From Myxococcales bacterium (GTDB lineage: Bacteria > Myxococcota_A > Polyangia > Polyangiales > DASUME01): 64,000 nt of DNA. The number at the start of each line of letters is the position of its first letter. Position 1 is the stretch's first letter. The position numbers and the translations under genes were made by a program. The DNA is taken from positions 7,488,001 to 7,552,000 of the forward strand of contig JASGJH010000001.1 in NCBI GenBank assembly GCA_047601445.1, in the 5' to 3' direction. The notes under the pieces were generated by a model. It saw only the letters and a list, made by a program, of their open reading frames with translations. It did not search any database and was not told where the DNA came from. Shown piece by piece: positions 42,569 through 52,587 of this stretch.

Positions 42569-43990
42569 ATGAAGCGTATGAACGACTGGTTCGGTCCCGT
42601 GGCTGCCCTGAGCGCGCTGCTGTTGATGCCCGCCTGGGCCAGTGCTGCGCCCAATTGTGCGGCGCTCGTCGATCCGATCTATCACCGCGTCAACCCCACC
42701 ACGCAAGCCAACCTGCTCACGGCCTCGCTCAGCGAAGCCGAGAACGCGGAGACTCAGTACGGGTTCACGGACGATCGCGGTGCCCCCATTCGTGCGTCAC
42801 GCGCAGCAGCCAGCGGGCTGGTCGCCGTACATCGGCTCTACAAGTCCAGCACGGGCGACTTCGTATGGATCTCGAATCCCAGCGAGATCTCGGCCGCCAC
42901 CACGAACTACGGCTACGCGGACCAGGGCACCAACTTCTATGCGTCCACGGAGAGCGGCGCCTGCACCCAGCCGGTCTACCGCTACTCCAAGGGCAACAAG
43001 CATCGCCACGCTTTCTCGCAGGCCGAGCGCGACGCCCTGGCGGCAAGCGGATGGACCTACGAGACGATCTCCTTCTATGCTGCCCCCGCCGCGCCCGTCG
43101 TCGACACCAAGTTCACCATCGCGGTGATGCCAGACACCCAGCAAGAGGTTCGGCCCACGGAGCCGCGCAATTTGAACGACGTGCGCTTCCGCAACCGAAC
43201 CCAGTGGTTGGTCGATCACGAAGACGAGCTCGACCTGCGCTTCGTGGCCCACAGCGGCGACGTGGTGAACTGGGGCGAGCGCGATGCGTACCAGTACAGC
43301 GTGGTCGTCGACGGCGTGCAGCCATTGGTGCAAGCCGGCGTCCCGTTCGCTTTCACGCCCGGCAATCACGACACCCGCGCCGTCTGCGCTGGCGGCTCGG
43401 CCTGTCCCGGGGAGAGCGCGAGCACCAACGTCCGACTCCTGCCCCTGTTCAGTCAAAATTTCAACCCGTTGTTCGCGGTCTCGGGTCGCTACGAAGCCAA
43501 CAAGCTGGACAACTACTACACGCTCTTCGAGGCTGGCGGCGTCAAGTGGATGCTGCTCTCGCTGGAGCTATGGCCGCGCAGCCAGGTCATCGACTGGGCC
43601 AAGTCCGCGGTGCAGTCGCATCCGACCCACAATGTCTTCGTGGTCACGCACATGTACCTCGACGGCAACGGCAACATCGCCACCGACAACGGCGGCTACG
43701 GCGCCAACAGCCCGCGCTTCCTGTTCGACAACCTGATCAAGCAGTATGCGAACATCCGCCTCGTGTTCAGCGGGCACACCGGGCTGGCGGCCTCGCGTGA
43801 GGACACCGGCCTCAACGGTAACAAGATTGCCAGCTTCATGCAGACCTTCCACTCCACGAACAACCCCGTGCGCCTGGTGGAGATCGACACGGCCGCGAAC
43901 CAGGTGAAGACCTGGATCTACGCGCCCCAAACGAACACCAGCTACCCCGAATACGACCGCACCGTCACGGGCTTGAACTTCGTGCATTGA
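42569..43990 (+). CDS. Secreted calcineurin-like metallophosphoesterase with N-terminal DUF5648-like repeats
   Basis: PDTQ, HSGDVV, PGNHD, VTHMY, SGH motifs; three short repeats (P.YR.......H......E.......Y). Confidence 0.85.
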   Translation: MKRMNDWFGPVAALSALLLMPAWASAAPNCAALVDPIYHRVNPTTQANLLTASLSEAENAETQYGFTDDRGAPIRASRAAASGLVAVHRLYKSSTGDFVWISNPSEISAATTNYGYADQGTNFYASTESGACTQPVYRYSKGNKHRHAFSQAERDALAASGWTYETISFYAAPAAPVVDTKFTIAVMPDTQQEVRPTEPRNLNDVRFRNRTQWLVDHEDELDLRFVAHSGDVVNWGERDAYQYSVVVDGVQPLVQAGVPFAFTPGNHDTRAVCAGGSACPGESASTNVRLLPLFSQNFNPLFAVSGRYEANKLDNYYTLFEAGGVKWMLLSLELWPRSQVIDWAKSAVQSHPTHNVFVVTHMYLDGNGNIATDNGGYGANSPRFLFDNLIKQYANIRLVFSGHTGLAASREDTGLNGNKIASFMQTFHSTNNPVRLVEIDTAANQVKTWIYAPQTNTSYPEYDRTVTGLNFVH

Positions 43991-44059
43991 CGGCGGGCGC
44001 CGGGCTCACTGCGAGGCTCGGCGGGCGCACGTCCAGCGTTCCCGACAGCCGCGCAGCGC

Positions 44060-45292
44060 TCAGAAGCGGCCCCCGAGCGTGGCCTGCAGCTGATGCGGCC
44101 CCGGGAGCGCCGCGTAGTTCAGCTGCCGCAACAGGCTGGCGCGCTTGACCATCAACGGCTTGAGCCGCGCGTTCAGGTCGCGATTGTGATCGATGTGTCG
44201 GATCAAGCGCATCGTCCCGCTCAACCCGAACAATAGACTGGCGGCGGCGAGGCCCGTGAAGGCATAGGCCGTATAGCGTAGCGTCGTCTGATCGTGGTGG
44301 TCGATCGGCTCACTGTGTGACTCGGCGGCGGCGTAGGCACTCAAGGCCACCGTCGAGGACACCAACATGCCGCCGTAGCCGAGGGTCATCAGCGTGATGG
44401 GCCCGCCGAGGCTCTGACGGTCGGCGCGCAAGAGACCGATCTGCCTGTTGACGCCAGCGAGTTGGCTTGCCAGCAGCGGTAGCTCGGCAGGCGGCGCTTG
44501 AGGCCGAAGTGACGCGGGAACCACGGGCACGAGCATGTAGCCCGGGGGAACCGAGGCTGGCGGGCAGTTGCCTGGCGTCGCAGCGTTCGCCGCGGGCACG
44601 AGCTCGGGCGTTTGCTGGGCTGGAAGCAGCGGAGCCGGCGTGGTGGGCTGCGGCCAGAGTAGGGTCGGAACTGGCGGCACGTACGGCGTCGCGGGCGGCG
44701 GCACGTAGGGCAGCGCAGGCGGGGGCACATAGGGCATCGCCGGCGGAGGCGCATAGGGCTCCACGCCAGGAACCGGCAGAGCGGGCGCTGTCGCAGCAAG
44801 GGGCGCCGGGGCGATCAGAGGCACAGACTCGACCAGGGGCGTTGGCGCAACGTAAGGCGCTGGCGCGATCACGGCTGGTGCTACATAGGGCGCTGGCGCG
44901 ATCGCCTCGGTCGGCGCCGCCTGTGCTGCAGGCTGCGGCACGTAGCTGAGCGCCGGAGCGGGATAGATCGTCACCGGACCTGACGCGGCCGGCTGCACGA
45001 TGGTCGTCACCGGTGCGGCCGTGGGCGCTCCCGGATCGGAGACGCCCGACATTTCCAGCGCCGATGCCAGCTCCCCTTCAGGCATTCCCTCGGGGGCCAC
45101 CGGAATCTGGCTGGTGGCTGGCAACGTGTACGTGGTCACGTACTTGCGCTGAGCCGCCAGCTTGCGCTGGTTGGCAGATTTGGTTCGCACCGCGATTCGC
45201 CCCTGGGCGCTCACGGGCTGATCCAGCAGCAAGAGCGGCAGCAGTAGACAAGCACAGGCGCGCAGGCGCCATGACGCCCGTCCGTTGTGCAT
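44060..45292 (-). CDS. Pro/Ala-rich exported membrane protein of unknown function
   Basis: Signal-like N-terminus, APYVAP/PYVPPP repeats, two C-terminal TM helices, ends ATLGGRF. Start uncertain. Confidence 0.65.
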   Translation of the reverse strand: MHNGRASWRLRACACLLLPLLLLDQPVSAQGRIAVRTKSANQRKLAAQRKYVTTYTLPATSQIPVAPEGMPEGELASALEMSGVSDPGAPTAAPVTTIVQPAASGPVTIYPAPALSYVPQPAAQAAPTEAIAPAPYVAPAVIAPAPYVAPTPLVESVPLIAPAPLAATAPALPVPGVEPYAPPPAMPYVPPPALPYVPPPATPYVPPVPTLLWPQPTTPAPLLPAQQTPELVPAANAATPGNCPPASVPPGYMLVPVVPASLRPQAPPAELPLLASQLAGVNRQIGLLRADRQSLGGPITLMTLGYGGMLVSSTVALSAYAAAESHSEPIDHHDQTTLRYTAYAFTGLAAASLLFGLSGTMRLIRHIDHNRDLNARLKPLMVKRASLLRQLNYAALPGPHQLQATLGGRF

Positions 45293-45605
45293 TGTACGAG
45301 ACAAAGGTTTGCGACCATGGCAGGTCGCCCTCGACAACCAGGCGAGCATGACTGGAAAGCACTCCTGAGCCTCGCGCCTTACTGTCCTCGCCAATTTTCA
45401 CGACACCGTGAACGAGGAACGACGCGGCCCGTACTCTTCAGTGTGCAGCCGAAGCCGCGCGGGTCCAGCCGCTCACATCGCGATCCGATCCGCAGCGGCC
45501 CTTGCGTCTGAAAGCTCGAACGAGCACTTCAGGGGCTCCGTGATTCGGCCGAGTCATCGGCTTGGAGCGGTGTGCAACCGCGTCCGATCGAGGTCTAGTG
45601 CCGCG

Positions 45606-47678
45606 TCACTGCACGAAGACATCCAGGTACATCATGTACGGGCCACTCATGCCCGAAGCCGTCACCAAGGCAGGGCGCCCGCCCACCTGGATCAGCGCCA
45701 AGCTGCCCGCGTTGTTCCCCGGAATGCAATCGACGCCCCGCGGCTCCCACCCGTCCTCGCCGAGCGTGAACACGCCCGCCTTGGTCCCTGCGTAGAGCAC
45801 CTGGCCGGGGTTGTCCCAGAGCAGCGAGTTGGCCGAAAGACTCGGTAGGCCGTCGTTCACGAACACCCACGACGTTCCGCCATCCTGCGAGCGTGCCACG
45901 CCGCGCTGCGAGATCACCGCGTAGAGGTCTTGGTCCGCCTGCACGATTTGGGGCACCGAGGCGTTCGCCAAGTCTCCGCCTACGGCGACCCACGAATCGC
46001 CGGCGTCGGAGGACTGGAACAGGCCCCGGCCATTGGTGCCGATGATCAGGTGCTGCGCGTTGTTGGGGTCGAACCAGATGCTGCGGATGTCGCGGAACGT
46101 GCCAGCGGAGGTCGCCCAAGCCTCAGGCAGTCCCGCATTGCTCTCCTGCCAAGTCAGCCCCCCATTGACGGACTTCAGCACGCCACGGGTCTGCGTCGCT
46201 GCGAGCACTGTGTTTGTGTTTCCGGGCTGGAAGGCGAACGCTAGCGCATTGCCCTTGTCGACGGCCGTGAAGGTCTGTCCCGAATTCTGCGAAAGCCAGA
46301 TCGAAGGCCAGCCCCCCACGAGCACCGTCTCGCCCGACGCGGCCATGCCGAACGCATAGTCATCGGGAAGCGCATCCAGGGACACCCGCTGCCAGCGCGC
46401 GGTATCGGCGGACCAAACCCACGGGCCGCTGCCCCACGAAGAGAGCCAGAGGGAAGGACCCATGAGCGAGAGCTGGGTGATCGAGAGGCTGCCAATGCCG
46501 TCGATCAGACTCCAGGCTTCTCCCGCGTCGGTCGATAGATAGGCGCCCGAGCGGTCACTCATGAGCACCAGATCTGGGTTGTGCTGATTCATCCGCAGGC
46601 TGTGCGTGACGGGACCGACCGTCTCGAGCAGCCCCGACTTGAGCACATCGGTCCAGCTCTCACCGCCATCGTCGGACCGCCGGATCCCCTGATTTTGCCC
46701 CTGGACGTCGAGGATGACGCGCTTGCAGTCCGCTCCGGATACTTCGATGGATTGAATCGCTGCAGCGAGCGGGATGTGATCCCAGTTCGCTCCATCGTCG
46801 ACGCTGCGGCTAACTCCGGTGGCCGTGGCGACGAAGATCACCTCGGGCATGGCTGGACAGATCGACACGTCCATCACCCGACCGCGACCGTCCAAAATGG
46901 TGTTCCAGGTGTGGCCCCCGTCGACGGTGGAGAGCACGGCTCCGAGCATGGACCAGCCGCCGGAGTCGTTGAGCTCGATGAGGCCTGCCACCGCGCGCAG
47001 AGGATCACTCGGATGCCCCTGCAAGGCCGTGATGTGGCTGTATGGGACACCCTGATTGAGGTTTCCCCACGAGTGCCCTTCATCCACGGATCCCAGGATG
47101 CCGTAGCCGATGGAGCCGGCGAGCAGTCGTCGAGGCTCGGCGGGCATCGCCAGGAGCGTCGTGATGGCGAGTCCTCCGAGCGCCTTCGGTGACCATGTGG
47201 CGCCGCTGTCATCGGAGAACAGCACGCCGTCGTTGGTGGCCGCCAAGAGCGAGTCCGGTGCGTCCGACGGGAAAGCAAGATCGACGATGCCTGCCGAAAG
47301 TGGCTCGGAGGCAACCCAGGTGTTGCCGAAGTCCGTACTCGCGTACAGCGTCTCGCCCGCGACCGCATACACACGGTCGTCGTCGCGGGGGTCGAGCCAC
47401 GCACCCGCTACATGACCAGGAGCCAGGCCATCTCCAAACCGAGTCCACGTACAAGCCGGGGACTTGCCAGCATCGCCGGCGTCCGCGCCGTCGCCCACGT
47501 TCGCCTGGACTTCCGCATCCCCGGGCCCCGCGTCGCCAAGCCCGCCGTCTCCCTCCCGGCCACCCGAGCCGCCATCACCATGGCAGCCCCCGAGCGACAA
47601 TCCGACACAGACCACGTACGGCAGGGGGCCCCCGGACGAAGCGCTATTGCGAGGCAGACGGGATGACTGAGTGACCAT
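45606..47678 (-). CDS. BNR/Asp-box (VPS10/YCF48-like) beta-propeller lipoprotein
   Basis: Many SxDxGxTW repeats; lipobox-like LGGC. Start uncertain. Confidence 0.85.
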   Translation of the reverse strand: MVTQSSRLPRNSASSGGPLPYVVCVGLSLGGCHGDGGSGGREGDGGLGDAGPGDAEVQANVGDGADAGDAGKSPACTWTRFGDGLAPGHVAGAWLDPRDDDRVYAVAGETLYASTDFGNTWVASEPLSAGIVDLAFPSDAPDSLLAATNDGVLFSDDSGATWSPKALGGLAITTLLAMPAEPRRLLAGSIGYGILGSVDEGHSWGNLNQGVPYSHITALQGHPSDPLRAVAGLIELNDSGGWSMLGAVLSTVDGGHTWNTILDGRGRVMDVSICPAMPEVIFVATATGVSRSVDDGANWDHIPLAAAIQSIEVSGADCKRVILDVQGQNQGIRRSDDGGESWTDVLKSGLLETVGPVTHSLRMNQHNPDLVLMSDRSGAYLSTDAGEAWSLIDGIGSLSITQLSLMGPSLWLSSWGSGPWVWSADTARWQRVSLDALPDDYAFGMAASGETVLVGGWPSIWLSQNSGQTFTAVDKGNALAFAFQPGNTNTVLAATQTRGVLKSVNGGLTWQESNAGLPEAWATSAGTFRDIRSIWFDPNNAQHLIIGTNGRGLFQSSDAGDSWVAVGGDLANASVPQIVQADQDLYAVISQRGVARSQDGGTSWVFVNDGLPSLSANSLLWDNPGQVLYAGTKAGVFTLGEDGWEPRGVDCIPGNNAGSLALIQVGGRPALVTASGMSGPYMMYLDVFVQ

Positions 47679-47929
47679 CCGCGCATGCTCGCATGAAGCG
47701 AAAAGCGCTGACAAACGATTCCCGTCTGCGAAAATACTTCGTTTTCTCCGGCGATCGAACATGAAATTCCGGGGCGCGGCCGAGCAACCAAGGGTTCTCT
47801 CGAGCACACTCCGCGCGGGCTCTGCACCTTCTGAAAGGCGATCTGCGGCCAGCGCAAGCCGAGTCCGCGACGTGGCGTTCGGGGTGAGCCGGCTGTCTCG
47901 CCAGGGGTGACCTGGGGCATAGTCACCCC

Positions 47930-48469
47930 ATGACCAAAACTTGGATGGTACGCAGTTTCGCTGCGGGGGTGTTCCTGTTCGCTGGAGCTGCGTGTGGCGG
48001 CGACAAACAGGCCGAGGCAGCTCCGGCTTCCACGACGCCCGAGGCGCCCGCCGCGGCCAACGCGGCCGACAGCAAAACAAAGCTTCTCCACTGCGGCGAC
48101 TTCTTCACGGCCGCTGAGATCACGGCGCTCGGACTCGACGCCAGCACGTTCAAGCCTGACGAAGTACAGATGTCGCCCGGAGGACCCATCCTCTGCAACT
48201 TCGCAGGCTACGGCTTCACTCTATTCTCGGGTGACAACTATTCGAGCATCGTCGGCGGCTCGAAAGAAGCCATCGCCAAGGGGAAGATCACGGCGGCCAC
48301 CGGTCCGACCATCGGCAAAAGCAGCGAGTGGACCATCTCGTCTGGGTTGAGCACCTGCTTGATGCTGTCGACCAATGGCCGCTTTGCTGGCGTGGTGGAC
48401 GCAGGGGATCAAGCTACGACCGAGAAGTTCGCGCGAGCGCTCGACGCCAACATCAGCAAGATGCCATAG
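47930..48469 (+). CDS. Small lipoprotein of unknown function
   Basis: MTKTWMVRSFAAGVFLFAGAAC lipobox followed by an Ala/Pro linker. Confidence 0.75.
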   Translation: MTKTWMVRSFAAGVFLFAGAACGGDKQAEAAPASTTPEAPAAANAADSKTKLLHCGDFFTAAEITALGLDASTFKPDEVQMSPGGPILCNFAGYGFTLFSGDNYSSIVGGSKEAIAKGKITAATGPTIGKSSEWTISSGLSTCLMLSTNGRFAGVVDAGDQATTEKFARALDANISKMP

Positions 48470-48514
48470 GGTCGGCGAGCGTCTACTGCTTTACGCGGTT
48501 GGCGAAGGAAGCGC

Positions 48515-49453
48515 CTACGGCGAGGAGCTTGCGGGCGGCTTGGCGCCCTCGCTGGCAAGCGCGAACACGGTGTAGCCCGCGCTGTTGTATACGGCGGCCG
48601 TCAGCGCATAGCCGGCCGATCCCAATGACGCCGTGGTGTCCTCGAGGTCGGGCCCGACCACCTGGTCCACGAGCGTCGCGAACGTTTGTGTTCTTCCCGA
48701 AGCGCGCTGCGCGAAGAGCGTATATCCCGCATCGTTGGTGATCGCGCCCACGTGCGCGAAGCCCATGCTGGAGAAGCCGTCCAAGGTGTCGTCGAGGTCG
48801 CTGCCGATCACTTGGTCGACCATGCCGTCGAACTCGGTGGAGTCGCCCTTCAGATGCGTACCCACGAGCGTGTAGCCCGCGCTGTTGTACATGGCGGCAC
48901 TGAGCACGAAGCCCCCGGCGCCCAAATCCGAGAGGGTATCGTCGAGCTGACTCCCGATGACCTGCTCTACCCGCGCTTCGTAGGTGTCTGCCGACCCTCT
49001 CACCTTGTAGCCGAGGAGGGTATAGCCAGCGCTGTTGGTCAGCGCGGCCGTGATCGCAAAGCCATCCTCACCCATGGTCGTGAGCGTGCTGTCGAGGTCT
49101 GAGCCAACGACCTGCTCCACCTGGGTCTCGAAGCGCAGGACCGACCCCTTGTCGCGGGCAGCGAACAAGGTGTAGCCGGCATCGTTGGTGACCGCTGCCG
49201 TGACCACGTAGCCGTCGCCTGCGAGATCTTGCAAGGTCTCGTCGAGCTGATTTCCGATCACTTGCTCGACCCGCGTCTCCTTGGCGTGACCGGGCACCAA
49301 CCAGTCATGCAGGAGGGCGCTGTCCTCGGCGCTGTCGCCATCTCCATTGCCGGGGCCATCCTCATCGCCCGTGTTCACCGCGGTGCCGTTGCTACCGTCG
49401 TCCCCGCAAGCAACCAGGCCAAGACTCAGCGTCGCCACCAACCACAGCTTCAT
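48515..49453 (-). CDS. Lipoprotein built from five 50-aa tandem repeats
   Basis: Lipobox LVAC, GGAGG RBS; repeat V(E/D)QV(I/V)G..L(D/E).T...L...G(Y/F)...AA..N.AGYT(L/V). Confidence 0.85.
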   Translation of the reverse strand: MKLWLVATLSLGLVACGDDGSNGTAVNTGDEDGPGNGDGDSAEDSALLHDWLVPGHAKETRVEQVIGNQLDETLQDLAGDGYVVTAAVTNDAGYTLFAARDKGSVLRFETQVEQVVGSDLDSTLTTMGEDGFAITAALTNSAGYTLLGYKVRGSADTYEARVEQVIGSQLDDTLSDLGAGGFVLSAAMYNSAGYTLVGTHLKGDSTEFDGMVDQVIGSDLDDTLDGFSSMGFAHVGAITNDAGYTLFAQRASGRTQTFATLVDQVVGPDLEDTTASLGSAGYALTAAVYNSAGYTVFALASEGAKPPASSSP

Positions 49454-49680
49454 GTCGCTCTGTTCCTCCAGGCGCGATCATGCGCAGCCCGGGCGCGATG
49501 GTAACAAGCCCGCCGCGGCCAGTTTCGGCTGTTCGTCGAAACCTCGGCCTGGTTCACCCTCTGGGGAGTTGAGCAACGGAACGCAACAAAAAAATGGCGC
49601 ATTCTTCTTCTGCGCAAAGGAAGCCTGACGAAGCGAGGACTCAGTCGTCCGGCTCCTCTGGAGTTACACACATCGGACGA

Positions 49681-50142
49681 ATGTCATCACGCCGGTCAGG
49701 CTACTATCCCCGCAATGAGACGTCTGCTGTTGGGGCTTACTTCCACGCTCGCTCTCTTGCTCAGTTCGAGGCGGACTACCACAAGGACTGGCCTGTTCAG
49801 GCCCTGCATGCCTTCGACAGCGCGGGCCCCGAACTTGCGAGCGTGCTGGCAGAATGGGTCGCGCGAGCTCCGCAGTCATGGGCTGCGCACGCCGCGCTGG
49901 GAGCCCACCAGAAACATGTGGCCTGGTCCCGCCGAGGGACCTCGTACGCTCGGGACACCTCGCGCGCCGAGATGGCAGGAATGCGTGAGAGTGCACGTCT
50001 CGCAGCGCAGAGCTTCGAGAAGGCGGTCGCGCTTAGACCTCGACTGGCAGCCGCAGACACCGAGCTCATCATTCTCGCCCGAGCGCGCTTGCTCGCTCAA
50101 GCTGGAAGCGGCCTGTCAGACCGCCAAGCGCTTGTAGGCTAG
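49681..50142 (+). pseudogene. Probable truncated DUF4034-like gene fragment
   Basis: L.EWV...PQS..AH.ALG......AWSRRGTSYA.DT resembles DUF4034. The frame ends shortly after, against the convergent porin stop, with no TPR-like tail. Confidence 0.5.
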
Positions 50143-50170
50143 TTTTTGGGCGCCGGCGGTGCTCCCGAGC

Positions 50171-51706
50171 TCAGAAGGCCATCATCAGCTGCAACGTCGC
50201 GAGATTGGACTTTCCCTCGGCGAACGGCAGGACGAAACCATAGGGCGCATCGGCGAGGTCCGGCGACTTCTGCTTCAACCAGGCGTAGCGCAGCTTGAGC
50301 ACGAGCTCTGGCGGATGGATGAAGTACGCGAGCTGCGCCTCCACTTCCGTGGATTGGTCGTTCGCGAGATCCGTGCTCGGGTTCATCCAGCCGCAGCGCG
50401 CTCCGATGCCCAGCAGGTTCTTGTACAGATTGAACACGGCTTGACCCCATGCACCGTAGGAGCCGTAGGCCGACGTTCCCCCGCCTACCGGGTCGACGCG
50501 GCGCCAGTAGAACTCTCCGAAGAGAATCAAGCGATGGGCTTGAAACCACACATCGGCAGCGGCGGTGCCCAGCTTCTCGGTGACGATGGAGTGAGCGGGC
50601 GTGAGGAAGTTGTTGGCTGCGTTGAAGTTCTCCTGCGCCGTCTGCAGCTTGCCCTGGTAGCCCTGAAGCGTGAATGAAAATCGCGTGGGAAGACGATCAC
50701 CGTCCGGTGTGAAAGGCATCTCGTTGGCATTGACCGCGCCGAGAGGATTCAGCGTGAGGCGTGCCTCGACGACGTAGTTCTTGGGCAGATTGACGGGCTC
50801 GTCGATCGGTGAGCCGGCGTAGATGCCGGCGTAATATTCGAGGATGTCGGAGAGTGCACCGCCGTAGACGGTGAGACCGCGTTCGCGGCCAGACCAGAAG
50901 TAGCTCGCGACCGCCGCAAAATCCGGAAAGAAGATTTGCTGTGGGCCGAAGTTCTCGTGCCGCGAAACCGGCGTGGCCTGCTGTCCGAAGCGGAACGCAA
51001 ACTCCTCCAGAGGTGCCACGTCGAAATAGGCATCGAAGACGCGCGGTGTCCCTGAATTGGCCTCGAAGGAAAGGCGGTACCCCAGCCAGGGGCGATAGAA
51101 ATTGCCGCGGATGATCGGTCGCAAGAAGGCAAAGGTGCTGTTGAACTGCGCGTCGCCGTCGGTCCACTCGGGCTCCACCTTGAGGCCGACCTGCAACGCG
51201 ATGCGCAGGACGTACGCGCCATCCTTGGAGCGCATGCGAAAACCTTCGCCGGCGGACCAGCCGAACCAGGACTCTTCGCTCGGTTGCCCGGCAACATGTT
51301 CCCCAACCGCGGGGTACTCGGCGGGGGCTACGCCATCCGGAAGGTCCGACGCTGGGGCTCCAAATTCAGGCTCGGGCTCCGCGCTGGTCACGTCCAGGGG
51401 CACGGCAGGCGGAGCCGCCTCCAACGGGGCGGGTAAGGTTTCCGGCGGCGGGGCTAGAAGGGTTGGCGGAGGCGCAGGCGGCGGCTCGGGTGCCGGCGGC
51501 GTGTCGAGCGCTGGTGCAGGACCAGCCTCAGTTTCAGCGGGCGGCGGCGGAGGAGACTCGGGCGCCGGCGCGACGGGTGCGACCTGGGCCCGAACGAACG
51601 TAGGCGCGCCCAGCATGAGGGCGAGCACGGCCCATCCGACAGGCACGCTGCGTCTCTTGGTGTTTCCGACGGCAGCGGGTGCCTCGAAGGTTCGCCCTCC
51701 CGGCAC
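50171..51706 (-). CDS. OprO/OprP-like anion-selective porin with Pro-rich N-terminus
   Basis: GF.MRS.DG.Y.LRI, DAYFD, FRFGQ, RERG, ARL.LNPLG; C-terminal LQLMMAF. Start uncertain. Confidence 0.72.
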   Translation of the reverse strand: MPGGRTFEAPAAVGNTKRRSVPVGWAVLALMLGAPTFVRAQVAPVAPAPESPPPPPAETEAGPAPALDTPPAPEPPPAPPPTLLAPPPETLPAPLEAAPPAVPLDVTSAEPEPEFGAPASDLPDGVAPAEYPAVGEHVAGQPSEESWFGWSAGEGFRMRSKDGAYVLRIALQVGLKVEPEWTDGDAQFNSTFAFLRPIIRGNFYRPWLGYRLSFEANSGTPRVFDAYFDVAPLEEFAFRFGQQATPVSRHENFGPQQIFFPDFAAVASYFWSGRERGLTVYGGALSDILEYYAGIYAGSPIDEPVNLPKNYVVEARLTLNPLGAVNANEMPFTPDGDRLPTRFSFTLQGYQGKLQTAQENFNAANNFLTPAHSIVTEKLGTAAADVWFQAHRLILFGEFYWRRVDPVGGGTSAYGSYGAWGQAVFNLYKNLLGIGARCGWMNPSTDLANDQSTEVEAQLAYFIHPPELVLKLRYAWLKQKSPDLADAPYGFVLPFAEGKSNLATLQLMMAF

Positions 51707-52061
51707 CAGCGAATCGTGATGGGATGAACGCTCCGTGCGCGCGTACCGGGAAACGCCTCGGCGAGAGTCTCGCAGGATGGTCTTGACCACTGGATGAGCT
51801 CCGAGTCGATTACAGCGTTGGCCTTTCTGGTTGTCTACGCCGATTCGCACGAGCTTCAATGAAAATCACACGCTTGCGAACATCGCGCGCGCCCGACGTC
51901 GCGCGCCTGTACTCACGCGGTGGTCTGCGGATGAATGACCGCAAAATGGGGCGTTCGCGCAGCGCGCGCTCATCGAGCGCGCGGGCATGCAGCAACGTCG
52001 GTAGCTTCGTCTCGGTAAACCACTAGCCAACACCTGAACGGAGCACAGATCAACTACGACA

Positions 52062-52586
52062 ATGATGAAGTACCTCGCACCGCTCCTGCCGTACGCCACG
52101 CTCCTCACCGTCATCGTCGCCGTCGTCTTCGGACTGATCACGGCCCGACACGGCCGGCGCCTCCGTTACCTGACGGCCGCCACCCAGCTGGTGCACATGA
52201 CGCAGACTCCGGAATTCTCCCAGGGTGTCCAGCGCGTCCTGGAGCTTCCCGCAAAGGTGCCCGCTGGCACCATCATGTCGGATCCTGAGCTCGTCTCCGC
52301 TGCGTACGTGGTCGGACACGCCTTCGAGAGCCTGGGTGTGATGGTCTTCTACCGGCTGTTGCCGCTGCAGCTAGTCGATCATCTCATCGGCGGCTACGCG
52401 CGTGCCAGTTGGCAGCGTCTTCAGCCCTACGTAGAGGCGCGTCGCGAGCGCCTCGGACCCATGTTCGGAGAATGGTTCCAGTGGCTCGCCGAACGTCTCG
52501 AGGAAAGCCCTGCGCCAGGCAAAGACGTCGGTGCGGCGTTGGCTCACCGCGCTTGGCGCGTGGGTCGCTTCGGCGCGCACCCGTGA
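52062..52586 (+). CDS. Small membrane-anchored protein (DUF4760-like)
   Basis: N-terminal TM helix; FESLGVMV.......LVD........W..L.PYVE..R......FGEWFQWLAERL. Confidence 0.7.
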   Translation: MMKYLAPLLPYATLLTVIVAVVFGLITARHGRRLRYLTAATQLVHMTQTPEFSQGVQRVLELPAKVPAGTIMSDPELVSAAYVVGHAFESLGVMVFYRLLPLQLVDHLIGGYARASWQRLQPYVEARRERLGPMFGEWFQWLAERLEESPAPGKDVGAALAHRAWRVGRFGAHP

Positions 52587-52587
52587 G

